Shown piece by piece: positions 17,997-26,764 of a stretch of 64,000 nt of DNA. Numbering within the stretch: the first letter of the stretch is position 1; the number at the start of each line of letters is the position of its first letter. Source of the stretch: Verrucomicrobiota bacterium (GTDB taxonomy: Bacteria; Verrucomicrobiota; Verrucomicrobiia; Limisphaerales; SIBE01); contig VHCZ01000004.1 in assembly GCA_016871535.1 (NCBI GenBank), positions 13,801 to 77,800 on the forward strand. The letters run 5' to 3'. Below the pieces are notes generated by a model that made no database searches, had not been told where the DNA came from, and saw only the letters and a program-made list of their open reading frames with translations. Made by a program: the position numbers and the translations under genes.

Positions 17997-20900
17997 ATGA
18001 AGCCAAACGATGATTTCTCGTGTGGATCGGAAGCGACAGATCGCCAGGCGCATTCGGGAGTCAATACTAACGCCGGGTTTCGCGTTCTTCGGATCGTCCG
18101 TGGTTTCCTGGCAGCTTCCCTTGCCCCGTTAGCGCTGGCCGCCATTGCCGGTGGCGCCTTCGCGCAATCGGAGATTCCCGTCACGCCTCAATTTTTCGAC
18201 AAGAGCATCCGTCCTTTGCTGGGCGAGTTCTGCCTGAGCTGCCACTCCACCGAGAAGCAGAAGGGCGAACTCGACCTCGAACGGTTTGCGTCGCTCGACG
18301 AGGTGAAGCGGCATCCGAAAGTCTGGCAACGCGTCGCCGAGCAGCTTGCGGACAATGAGATGCCGCCGAAAGACAAGCCGCAGCCAACCCCGGCGCAACG
18401 CGAACGATTGTCTCATTGGGTGCGAGCTGTGCTTGATGACATCGCACGCTCGCGCGCGGGCGATCCGGGCCCCGTGGTGCTGCGCCGGCTTTCCAACGGA
18501 GAATACAGTTACACGATCCGCGATTTGACGGGCGTCGATTCGCTGGATCCGGCGCGCGAGTTCCCCGTCGATGGCGCGGCGGGCGAAGGTTTCATGAACA
18601 CCGGCAATTCGCTCGTGATGTCTCCGGCGTTGCTCAGGAAGTATCTGGACGCCGGCAAAGAGATTACGGGCCACGCCGTGTTGTTGCCGGACGGGATTCG
18701 GTTTTCGCCCAAGACCACACGGCGCGATTGGACGGAGGAGATCCTCGCGCAGATTCGCGAGTTCTATGCTGAGTTCACAGACACGCGAGGCGGCTCGTCC
18801 GTCAATTTGCAGGGAATCAAGTTCAACACCAACGAAGGCGGGCGTCTGCCTCTGGACAAATATCTGGAGGCGACATTTGAACTCAGGGCAGCGCTTTTAT
18901 CGGATGCGTCCTTTCCCCTCACCCCGGCCTCCCCCAGGGAGAGGGAGTTGGGCGGGGCAGTTTCTCTAAATCCGAACGCCGCCGGCCGTATCCCTGCCCG
19001 GGAGAAGACTCACCCTCCCCACGAACCCTATTCAACCACGGATTACACGGATCAATCCGCTCCTCCATCCGCGAAATCCGCGAAATCCGTGGTTAAAGAA
19101 TCGGTTCAGGGGTTCAAGATGCGAAACGCTTCGGAGAATTCTCTCCCTGAGGGAGAGGGCCGGGGTGAGGGGGAACGGAGCGCCAAAGCAGAAGCAGGCT
19201 TGACCTCGTCAGTCGCCGCCAAACGCGGTTTAAGCGCCAAGTATCTTCGTGACCTTTGGGTCACCTTGAATGACAGGCAATCTTCGCTGCTGCTTGACCC
19301 GCTTCGTGCGCGCTGGCGCGAAGCCAAACCGGGCAGCGCAGCGGCCCTGGCCTCTGAGTTCGCCCGGTGGCAAAACGTGCTCTGGAGATTCGCCAGCGTC
19401 GGCCACATCGGGAAAGCGGGCGGCCCCAAAGCCTGGATGGAACCAGTCAACCCGCTCACGGCGAAAGAGGAAATTCGGATCAAGATTCCCACCGTCACGA
19501 ACCGCAATGAAGTCACGCTCTATCTGGTCGCGGCCGATGCCGGCGATGGGAACGACCATGATTTCGTGGTCTGGGAACAGCCGCGGCTGGTCGCGCCTGG
19601 ACGGCCGAACTTGCTGCTCCGCGACGTGCGCGAGGTCAGCCGCGAACTGGCCCAGCAACGGGAACGAGTGTTTGCCAGCGCCGCGAAATGTCTGATGGCT
19701 GCGGCGGAAGTCAGCGGCACGGCGACAAAGTTCGACGTCTCGGAGTTGGCGAGCCGGCATGGCGTCGCGGCCGACGTGCTGGGGGCCTGGCTCGATTTCC
19801 TGGGCCTCGGTTCACCCGGCGCAGCGAAGATCGATTCCTACTTCACGAACACCATCGCAAGCTCCGCGGGTTACGACTTCGTCAAAGGCTGGGGCAGCCA
19901 CAGCACGCCGCTCCTGGTGGCCAATTCTTCGGATCAACACGTGCGAATTCCGGGCAACATGAAACCGCGCAGCGTGGCCGTGCATCCGTCCCCGAAGTTG
20001 CAGGCCGCAGTCGGCTGGCGCAGTCCAGTCGCCACATCCTTGCGCGTGGAAGGAAAAGTGACGCACGCGCATCCGGAGTGCGGCAACGGCGTCACGTGGT
20101 CGCTGGAACTGCGTCGCGGCAGCACGCGGCAGCGGCTCGTCAGTGGCTTCGCTCAAGGCAGCAAAGAAGGCAAAGTTGGCCCGATTGAGAGAATCGCGGT
20201 GCAGACCGGCGATCTTGTGTCCTTGTTGATCGGCCCGCGCGATGGAAATCACTCCTGCGACCTGACGGGGATCGACTTGTCCCTTTCTCCGACCGGGGAA
20301 GGCGGGCGTGAATGGAACCTGGCGCGCGATGTGTCGGATGACGTGACCGCGGGCAACCCGCACGCCGACCGTTTCGGCAATGAGGGGATCTGGCACTTCT
20401 ACACCGAGCCTGATCAGGGCGGCAACGAGTTGGGACCGGTGATTCCCGCCGGTTCTTTGCTGGCGCGTTGGCAATCTTCGGAGCGCACGGAGGAAAAGCA
20501 GAAGTTAGCCGAGGACTTACAGCGCTTGCTCACCTCCGGACCGCCGGAGAGCAAGGACAGTCCGGATGCGGCGCTTTATCGACAATTGGCTTCCCTGAGT
20601 GGGCCACTGTTCAGCGGGATAATCCGGGGAACTGCAAACTCGGCGAGCACTTCGGCTTCCACGAAAACGGATGCGCCCTTCCGCCTCACTCCAGCCCTCT
20701 CCCCAGGGGCCCCAGGGGAGAGGGAGAAGCGCAGGCCGGCTTCCAACAATCCAGACCCGTCCAGCCCTGCCACATCGCGGAACACGACACTCCCTCTCCC
20801 AGCGGGAGAGGGCCGGGGTGAGCGGGAACGCAGCCAAAAATCCGAAATCCGAAATCCGAAATCCGAAATCGAGAACGGCGAATGGTCTCTCGCTCCAGCG

Positions 20901-22817
20901 TTCTTTGGCCGCCACCCCAACGGCCAATCCATCGACTCCGCGAGCCTTTGCCTCCAGGCGCCTTCAGTCCTTGAGATTCGCTTGCCGGCTGATCTTGTCG
21001 AAGGCTGCGAATTTGTAACCACGGGAAGACTTCATTCCGATACGGGCGCGGAAGGCAGCGTTCAACTGCAGGCGCTCACGATGAAACCCGAGCGCGAATT
21101 GGGTTTGCTGCCGAGCGAGCTGACCGTGGCGCAAGTCAACGGCATGTGGACGTCGAATAACCGGCGGACTTCCCACGCCACGCCCATCGTCGTCAACGAA
21201 GGCAGCCAGGCGCGCCGCCGCATCGAAGCGGATTTCAACGCGTTCCGCACAATCTTCCCTGCGGCGCTTTGCTACACGAAGATCGTGCCCGTGGATGAAG
21301 TCGTGACGCTCACGCTTTTTTATCGCGAGGACGAACACTTGCGCCGGTTGATGCTCGACGACGCGCAGACCGCGAAGCTCAATGGGCTCTGGGACGACTT
21401 GCACTACGTGAGCCACGACGCGCTCACGCTCGTGGACGCCTTCGAACAACTCTGGCAATACGCGACGCAGGACGCCGACCCGAAAGTCTTCGAGCCGCTC
21501 CGCAAGCCCATCCAGGACCGCGCCGCCGCCTTCCGCCAGTTGCTCCTCGAAACGCAGCCGAAGCACGTCGAAGCCGTGATCGAGTTCGCCGACCGCGCGT
21601 ATCGCCGTCCATTGGCGGAAACGGAGAAATCCGAATTGCGCGCTCTCTACCAGAAGTTGCGCGAGCAGGAGTTGCCCCACGAGGAAGCGGTTCGTCTCAC
21701 GCTGGCGCGTGTGCTCGTCTCGCCGGCTTTCTTGTATCGATTGGAGAAGCCTGGCCCCGGCGTGGAACCGTCGCCGGTTTCAGATTGGGAATTGGCCAGC
21801 CGGCTCAGCTATTTTCTCTGGTCCACGATGCCGGATGCGGAATTGCGCCAGGTGGCCGCGGCCGGCCGCTTACGCGATCCGGACGTGCTGGCGGCGCAAG
21901 CCCGGCGCATGTTGCGGGACCCGCGCGCGCGCAGGCTGGCCACGGAGTTCGCCTGCCAATGGCTGCACGTTTACGCGTTCGATGAATTGGACGAAAAGAG
22001 CGAACGGCATTTCCCGACGTTCGCCGATTTGCGCGGCGCAATGTATGAAGAGCCAATCCAGTTCTTCACGGATTTGTTCCAGCGCAACGGCTCCGTCCTG
22101 GACATCCTGGACGCCGATTACACTTTTTTGAACGAGGCCCTGGCCCGGCACTACGAAATTCCCGGCGTGATGGGCGCGGACTGGCGGCGCGTGGAAGGCG
22201 TGAAGAAATTCTCGCGCGGCGGCATTCTCGGACTTTCCGCGACGCTGGCGAAACAATCCGGCGCCTCGCGCACCAGCCCAATCTTGCGCGGCAACTGGCT
22301 CGTGGAAGTGTTGCTCGGCGAAAAACTCCCGCGCCCGCCCAAAGAAGTGCCGCGTCTGCCGGAAGACGAAACCGCCACGGAAGGTTTGACCGTGAGGCAA
22401 CTTGTCGAGAAGCACACCTCCGATCCGAATTGTCTTCGCTGCCACGCGCGCATCGACCCGTACGGCTACGCGCTCGAAAGTTTCGACGCCATCGGCCGCC
22501 GCCGCGAGAAGGACCTGGGGGATCGCCCCATCGACACCCGTGTAAAAGCGATGGATGGTGCGGAGTTCAACGGCATCGATGGCTTGCGCCAGTATTTGTT
22601 GACCCAGCGCCGCGATGCCTTTCTCCGACAATTCTGCCGGAAACTGCTCGGCTACGCGCTGGGGCGCGGCGTGCAGTTGTCAGACGAACCGTTGCTCACG
22701 GAAATCCAGGCGCGTTTGAAATCAAACGATTATCGGATTGTCATGGCCGTCGAGTCGATCGTCCGGAGCCGGCAATTCCGAGAGATTCGAGGCCGCGAAT
22801 TCACGGCGGAGGAGTGA
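17997..22817 (+). CDS. Giant DUF1592/DUF1595/DUF1587/DUF1588/DUF1585-family protein (PSD/PSCyt modules)
   Basis: ATG at 17997 with a signal peptide. CLSCHSTEKQKGELDL, RRLSNGEYSYTIRDLTG, VLVSPAFLYRLE, SRLSYFLWSTMPD, FACQWLHV, SPILRGNWLVEVLLG, CLRCHARIDPYGYALESFD. Confidence 0.9.
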   Translation: MKPNDDFSCGSEATDRQAHSGVNTNAGFRVLRIVRGFLAASLAPLALAAIAGGAFAQSEIPVTPQFFDKSIRPLLGEFCLSCHSTEKQKGELDLERFASLDEVKRHPKVWQRVAEQLADNEMPPKDKPQPTPAQRERLSHWVRAVLDDIARSRAGDPGPVVLRRLSNGEYSYTIRDLTGVDSLDPAREFPVDGAAGEGFMNTGNSLVMSPALLRKYLDAGKEITGHAVLLPDGIRFSPKTTRRDWTEEILAQIREFYAEFTDTRGGSSVNLQGIKFNTNEGGRLPLDKYLEATFELRAALLSDASFPLTPASPRERELGGAVSLNPNAAGRIPAREKTHPPHEPYSTTDYTDQSAPPSAKSAKSVVKESVQGFKMRNASENSLPEGEGRGEGERSAKAEAGLTSSVAAKRGLSAKYLRDLWVTLNDRQSSLLLDPLRARWREAKPGSAAALASEFARWQNVLWRFASVGHIGKAGGPKAWMEPVNPLTAKEEIRIKIPTVTNRNEVTLYLVAADAGDGNDHDFVVWEQPRLVAPGRPNLLLRDVREVSRELAQQRERVFASAAKCLMAAAEVSGTATKFDVSELASRHGVAADVLGAWLDFLGLGSPGAAKIDSYFTNTIASSAGYDFVKGWGSHSTPLLVANSSDQHVRIPGNMKPRSVAVHPSPKLQAAVGWRSPVATSLRVEGKVTHAHPECGNGVTWSLELRRGSTRQRLVSGFAQGSKEGKVGPIERIAVQTGDLVSLLIGPRDGNHSCDLTGIDLSLSPTGEGGREWNLARDVSDDVTAGNPHADRFGNEGIWHFYTEPDQGGNELGPVIPAGSLLARWQSSERTEEKQKLAEDLQRLLTSGPPESKDSPDAALYRQLASLSGPLFSGIIRGTANSASTSASTKTDAPFRLTPALSPGAPGEREKRRPASNNPDPSSPATSRNTTLPLPAGEGRGERERSQKSEIRNPKSEIENGEWSLAPAFFGRHPNGQSIDSASLCLQAPSVLEIRLPADLVEGCEFVTTGRLHSDTGAEGSVQLQALTMKPERELGLLPSELTVAQVNGMWTSNNRRTSHATPIVVNEGSQARRRIEADFNAFRTIFPAALCYTKIVPVDEVVTLTLFYREDEHLRRLMLDDAQTAKLNGLWDDLHYVSHDALTLVDAFEQLWQYATQDADPKVFEPLRKPIQDRAAAFRQLLLETQPKHVEAVIEFADRAYRRPLAETEKSELRALYQKLREQELPHEEAVRLTLARVLVSPAFLYRLEKPGPGVEPSPVSDWELASRLSYFLWSTMPDAELRQVAAAGRLRDPDVLAAQARRMLRDPRARRLATEFACQWLHVYAFDELDEKSERHFPTFADLRGAMYEEPIQFFTDLFQRNGSVLDILDADYTFLNEALARHYEIPGVMGADWRRVEGVKKFSRGGILGLSATLAKQSGASRTSPILRGNWLVEVLLGEKLPRPPKEVPRLPEDETATEGLTVRQLVEKHTSDPNCLRCHARIDPYGYALESFDAIGRRREKDLGDRPIDTRVKAMDGAEFNGIDGLRQYLLTQRRDAFLRQFCRKLLGYALGRGVQLSDEPLLTEIQARLKSNDYRIVMAVESIVRSRQFREIRGREFTAEE
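18915..19173. repeat. Composite in-CDS insertion: RepA arms (18915-18947 / 19141-19173) enclosing RepD (19034-19094)
   Basis: CCCCTCACCCCGGCCTCCCCCAGGGAGAGGGAG ... CTCTCCCTGAGGGAGAGGGCCGGGGTGAGGGGG, with AACCACGGATTACACGGAT..ATCCGCGAAATCCGTGGTT in between. Confidence 0.7.
20684..20826. repeat. RepA inverted pair inside the CDS
   Basis: CCTCACTCCAGCCCTCTCCCCAGGGGCCCCAGGGGAGAGGGAG ... TCCCTCTCCCAGCGGGAGAGGGCCGGGGTGAGCGGG. Confidence 0.65.
20838..20872. repeat. Heptamer tandem repeat (AAATCCG x4 plus AAATCGA) inside the CDS
   Basis: Read directly. Translated as KSEIRNPKSEIE. Confidence 0.8.
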
Positions 22818-22840
22818 ATTCGGAGCCCGCAGGGCGTTTT

Positions 22841-23257
22841 TCATCTGCGCGCAGGTTCAATCTCGAACTGCCGTCGGGAGCGGTGGAAGCAAACATCGAA
22901 CTCTTCGAAGAAATTCACCTGCCCCAACAGCAAGGGTACATTTTCGGAGCGGGTACACGCGAAGACGAGCGACACCAGTGGGAAGTTACTCACCTGCGCT
23001 TCGACCAGCAAGGCGCGCGCCTCCTGCGCGGCTAGGTTTCCTGCAAGCGTTACGCGGGTCGTTTGGGCTTCCCACACCGCGCCAAGCCGCACGCCAAGTC
23101 CGTACGGGAGCACGTTGACCGTCGCACCAGAGTCGAGCAGTCCGTGGACCTGCATCGGTTCATTGTCCTTGAATCGCAGTTGCAGCGGCACAACCGGCAT
23201 GAGCGCGGCATCGCCACGCCCTGAAGCAATCGGCAGGTAGGCAAAGCGGGCAGCCAT
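22841..23257 (-). CDS. Retropepsin-like (clan AA) single-domain aspartyl protease
   Basis: 138 aa. VHGLLDSGATVNVL carries the D-S-G-A catalytic triplet. The C-terminal PLLLGQVNFFEEF resembles the hydrophobic-hydrophobic-Gly motif of retropepsins. Confidence 0.8.
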   Translation of the reverse strand: MAARFAYLPIASGRGDAALMPVVPLQLRFKDNEPMQVHGLLDSGATVNVLPYGLGVRLGAVWEAQTTRVTLAGNLAAQEARALLVEAQVSNFPLVSLVFACTRSENVPLLLGQVNFFEEFDVCFHRSRRQFEIEPARR

Positions 23258-23260
23258 GAC

Positions 23261-23467
23261 TCAGTTGAGTTGCGTTTCGTCGCGTAGGTATTGAGTCAGG
23301 GTAGCGGCAGCGTCGTGCGCCTCAAAGGGGGACCATACGGGATACTCCGAGCCTTGCAGCAGGCCTCCTTCAGCCTGCGCCAGTTCCGTAGTCAGGAATT
23401 GAACCGCTCGATATTTGTCGGCGCGGGGCAGCTTGTGAAGAACGGGAAGAAGTTCGTCGAGTTTCAT
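23261..23467 (-). CDS. Small (68 aa) partner ORF of the protease, antitoxin-like
   Basis: Its stop at 23261-23263 lies 3 nt upstream of the protease ATG at 23257. Helical, acidic C-terminus. The ...EYPVWSPFEAHDAAATL... motif resembles small ORFs that I recall next to toxin-like genes in cyanobacteria. Confidence 0.55.
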   Translation of the reverse strand: MKLDELLPVLHKLPRADKYRAVQFLTTELAQAEGGLLQGSEYPVWSPFEAHDAAATLTQYLRDETQLN

Positions 23468-23619
23468 GCTCGTAAGTTTAAGGAATCAACGACTTTTTGC
23501 CGATTATCTTCGCCAGTGCGCCAGCGCGCTCAAATATAAATCAAGCGTTTCAAGGTCCTCGAAAAACTTGCGGCCCACCTGCGTCGGGAGCATTATTAAG
23601 CGAGCACCAAATTACGCTT

Positions 23620-24924
23620 ATGACCACACACCAATTCTCCCGTCGCACGTTTCTCCGCGGGGTCGGCGTCACCATGGCGCTGCCCTGGCTGGAATCGCTC
23701 AACGTCTGGGGCGACACGCCCACGGTGACCAGGCCCGCCAGCGAGGCCCCCGTGCGCTTGGCAGTCCTTTTCGCTGGGAACGGATTTCACAGCAAGGAAT
23801 GGTGGGCAAAGGGCGAAGGCAAGAACATGGAACTGGGCAAGGTCCTCGCGCCGCTCACTGACTTCCGCGAAAAGATGCTCTTCATCCGCGGCCTCTACAA
23901 TGCCGAGGCCCTCAAGGGCAACATCCACAGTTCCCAGACGGGGAATCTGCTTTCCGGCGCGCCGCTGGCCTCGGGCGGCGAGATTCGATCCGGCACCAGC
24001 ATCGATCAATTGCTGGCGCAGCGTTACGGGCACTCGACCAAAGTGCCGAGCCTCGTGCTCGGTTGCGAGAAATCGAATCCGTCCGTGCACAAAAACTATT
24101 CGATGCTTTACAGTTCGCACATCTCGTGGACCTCGCCGACTACGCCGACGCCGCTGGAGATTTATCCTGCGCTCGCCTTTGACCGGCTCTTCAAGGACGA
24201 GGCGCAACGCGGCGACAAAAGCGTGCTCGACGCGGTTCTCGCTGACGCGAACGACCTCCGGCGCCACATCAGCACCACGGACCGGCGCAAGCTCGACGAA
24301 TACCTCGACTCCGTTCGCGACGTGGAGCAACGCATCGAGCAAGCCGGCCAGAAGGGCGAGTTGCAGGGCTGGCGCCCGACGCTGGCGCAGCCGAACATCC
24401 CGCGCCCGCCGGACGGCATCCCGCAGGACATCGGCGAGCACATGCGCTTGATGTGCGACATTCTGGTGCTCGCGTTCCAGACCGACACGACGCGCATTTG
24501 CACGCTCAAGTTGAACAACGACCATTCTTCGTTGCGCTTCCCGAACCTCGGTGTGGATTACATGATTCACCATCTGCTCTCGCACTCGGACACCTCGGAC
24601 TGGCTGAAGGTGAACCAGTTTTTCCTGGAGCAAGTCGCGTACATCGCGCGCAAGCTCGACGCCATTCAAGAAAGCGAACGCACGGCGCTCGACAATACGA
24701 TGCTCCTCTTCCTGTCGAGCATGCTGACCGGCAGCCATGACGCGACGCAGTTACCGGTCGTGATGCTGGGAGGCGCGGGCGGCCGCGTCAAAGGCGGCCG
24801 CGTGCTGGATTTCAAAGAGAAACCGGAGCGCCAGATGTGCCGCCTTTATCTTTCGATGATGGACAAGATGGACGTGCGCCTCGGCAAGTTCGGCGACGCG
24901 CCGGAACCGCTGGCTGAGGTGTAA
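23620..24924 (+). CDS. DUF1552 domain protein (Tat signal)
   Basis: ATG at 23620. SRRTFLRGVGVTMALPWLESL. Typical partner of DUF1592-family genes. DRRKLDEYLDSVRDVEQRI motif. Confidence 0.9.
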   Translation: MTTHQFSRRTFLRGVGVTMALPWLESLNVWGDTPTVTRPASEAPVRLAVLFAGNGFHSKEWWAKGEGKNMELGKVLAPLTDFREKMLFIRGLYNAEALKGNIHSSQTGNLLSGAPLASGGEIRSGTSIDQLLAQRYGHSTKVPSLVLGCEKSNPSVHKNYSMLYSSHISWTSPTTPTPLEIYPALAFDRLFKDEAQRGDKSVLDAVLADANDLRRHISTTDRRKLDEYLDSVRDVEQRIEQAGQKGELQGWRPTLAQPNIPRPPDGIPQDIGEHMRLMCDILVLAFQTDTTRICTLKLNNDHSSLRFPNLGVDYMIHHLLSHSDTSDWLKVNQFFLEQVAYIARKLDAIQESERTALDNTMLLFLSSMLTGSHDATQLPVVMLGGAGGRVKGGRVLDFKEKPERQMCRLYLSMMDKMDVRLGKFGDAPEPLAEV

Positions 24925-25393
24925 GAGCATAGCAGCGTATTGAAGAAGTACGACCGAGGGTGGGCGCATTCTGGTCGCAGCCAAAGCTGACTACGCGGGG
25001 AAGAAGCCCGGCGCCAAGAAATGCAAGAAAAGTCCCGCGAGTTCGTCCAGAAAGGCGCTGACAAAGCAGGGCGTGAAAGCGGCCGAAGCGACAATTTCTT
25101 GCGGCGCTTGCTCCTGAACCCTGGTAAAACGTTCGGCAAATGAACGACTACGAGTTCACGAAGATCGCAGTGGCTGTCTTGAACCAAATCGTTCGCTCGT
25201 TCACGGCGAAGAGGCACAAGGAATCGCTCCGAGGAGCGGCTAAGAAAAGAGATAGGTGCATCCCGTTCCGCCGCGAACCTATGCAACTCCAAGCGAAGTT
25301 TCGGCAATACAGGAAGATGCTTGCCAAGAAGACCTCACGTAACTCGAAATGGCATGAAGGCGAAAGAATCAAGGAACAACATCGGCCGAACGC

Positions 25394-26761
25394 ATGGCAG
25401 AATCGCTGAAATATCCACCGGGACAGGGAGCCGATAACGTGTTGCTGCGTCTTCGCGAAGATTACGAGCAAGCGGTTCTCGACTTGTTTGAGTCGGACGA
25501 CGCCGATGAAGTTCGTCCCGCGCTAGAAGTAGTTGGGCACACATCCAACTTTCTCGACAACTTGCGGCTTCCGATTCACCGTTGGTTTCGCTACAGTGCG
25601 GGCTTTTCGGCGGAGTGGGTGAAGTGGTTGCTGGCCGAACGAAAGGGCCAAGAACTGCGGGTGCTCGACCCGTTCGTCGGTTCGGGCACGACGTGTCTCG
25701 CATGTGACGAGATGGGCGTCGAATCTTACGGGTTGGAGGCGCATCCATTTGTTCATCGCGTCGCCAGGGCCAAACTTGCTTACACCGCCGACCCGGAGCG
25801 GTTTCTAGCCAAGGCGGATCGCGTGTTTCGGTTCGCCAGAACGGCGCAGGCTGCAAACGATTACCCGGAACTCATCCAAAAATGTTTCGGTCCTGAGACG
25901 CTCGATTTTCTGGATCGCTTCCGTCAGGCCGTTGAAAAGGAACAGGATGGCACGCGCGAAGCGGAGTTGCTTTGGATGGCTTTAGTGTCAGCCTTGCGCG
26001 TCACGTCCGAAGCGGGTACGGCGCCGTGGCAATACGTGTTGCCGGGCCGACGCAAGACGGCGCCTCCGTCTCCTGAAACCGCGCTGCACAACGCAGTCCT
26101 GACGATTGCGAGTGACATCCGTTTTATGGCGCGTCGGGCCAAGCCGTTGGCGAAATTGCATGCGGACGACGCGCGAACGTGCGGGACTGTTCCGGGTGGC
26201 TGGGCCACGCTCGTCATTACGTCACCGCCTTACGCGAACAACTACGATTACGCCGACGCGACGCGGCTAGAGATGGCGTTCATGGGCGAGATTCGTGGGT
26301 GGGGCGATCTACAGGAGGCGGTGAGAAGACATCTGATCCGCGCCTGCTCGCAGCACGTACCGCCGAACTCAGTGAATCTGGACAACGTGCTGGCGTCGCC
26401 GGAACTTGCACCCATCCGTGATGAGATTGTGCCGGTCTGCGGCGAGCTCTCGGCGGTACGGCTGGAGCGGGGCGGCAAGAAGACCTACAACAACATGATC
26501 GCCTGCTACTTCCTCGACTTGGCCCAGGTGTGGCGGGCGCTGCGCCGCGTGTGCGCATCACCGTGTGAGGTTTGCTTCGTGATTGGCGATTCTGCGCCTT
26601 ATGGCGTTTACGTGCCGGTCATCGATTGGCTCGGCAAGCTCGCGCAGGCTGCGGGATTTGAGTCGTGGACCTTCCGGAAACTCCGAGACCGAAATACCAA
26701 GTGGAAGAATCGCAAACATCGCGTGCCGCTGTGCGAAGGTCATCTGTGGCTTCGCGGTTGA
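25394..26761 (+). CDS. DNA methyltransferase (N4-C or N6-A), alpha-type motif order
   Basis: Motif I VLDPFVGSGTT (about aa 93) and motif IV ITSPPY (about aa 275), separated by about 180 aa. Confidence 0.85.
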   Translation: MAESLKYPPGQGADNVLLRLREDYEQAVLDLFESDDADEVRPALEVVGHTSNFLDNLRLPIHRWFRYSAGFSAEWVKWLLAERKGQELRVLDPFVGSGTTCLACDEMGVESYGLEAHPFVHRVARAKLAYTADPERFLAKADRVFRFARTAQAANDYPELIQKCFGPETLDFLDRFRQAVEKEQDGTREAELLWMALVSALRVTSEAGTAPWQYVLPGRRKTAPPSPETALHNAVLTIASDIRFMARRAKPLAKLHADDARTCGTVPGGWATLVITSPPYANNYDYADATRLEMAFMGEIRGWGDLQEAVRRHLIRACSQHVPPNSVNLDNVLASPELAPIRDEIVPVCGELSAVRLERGGKKTYNNMIACYFLDLAQVWRALRRVCASPCEVCFVIGDSAPYGVYVPVIDWLGKLAQAAGFESWTFRKLRDRNTKWKNRKHRVPLCEGHLWLRG

Positions 26762-26764
26762 CCT

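Noticed and set aside
18900-20900. Possible CRISPR array, suggested by the many short repeated palindromes (RepA, RepB, RepC).
   Set aside because: Repeats occur as inverted pairs with irregular spacing. They lie inside long ORFs or are scattered over the whole window. There is no direct-repeat/spacer periodicity and there are no cas genes.
25140-25409. An 89-aa ORF upstream of, and overlapping, the methyltransferase start, considered as an R-M controller (C) protein.
   Set aside because: No helix-turn-helix pattern was recognised. The sequence is very basic and of low complexity. It is kept only as a remark under the R-M finding.
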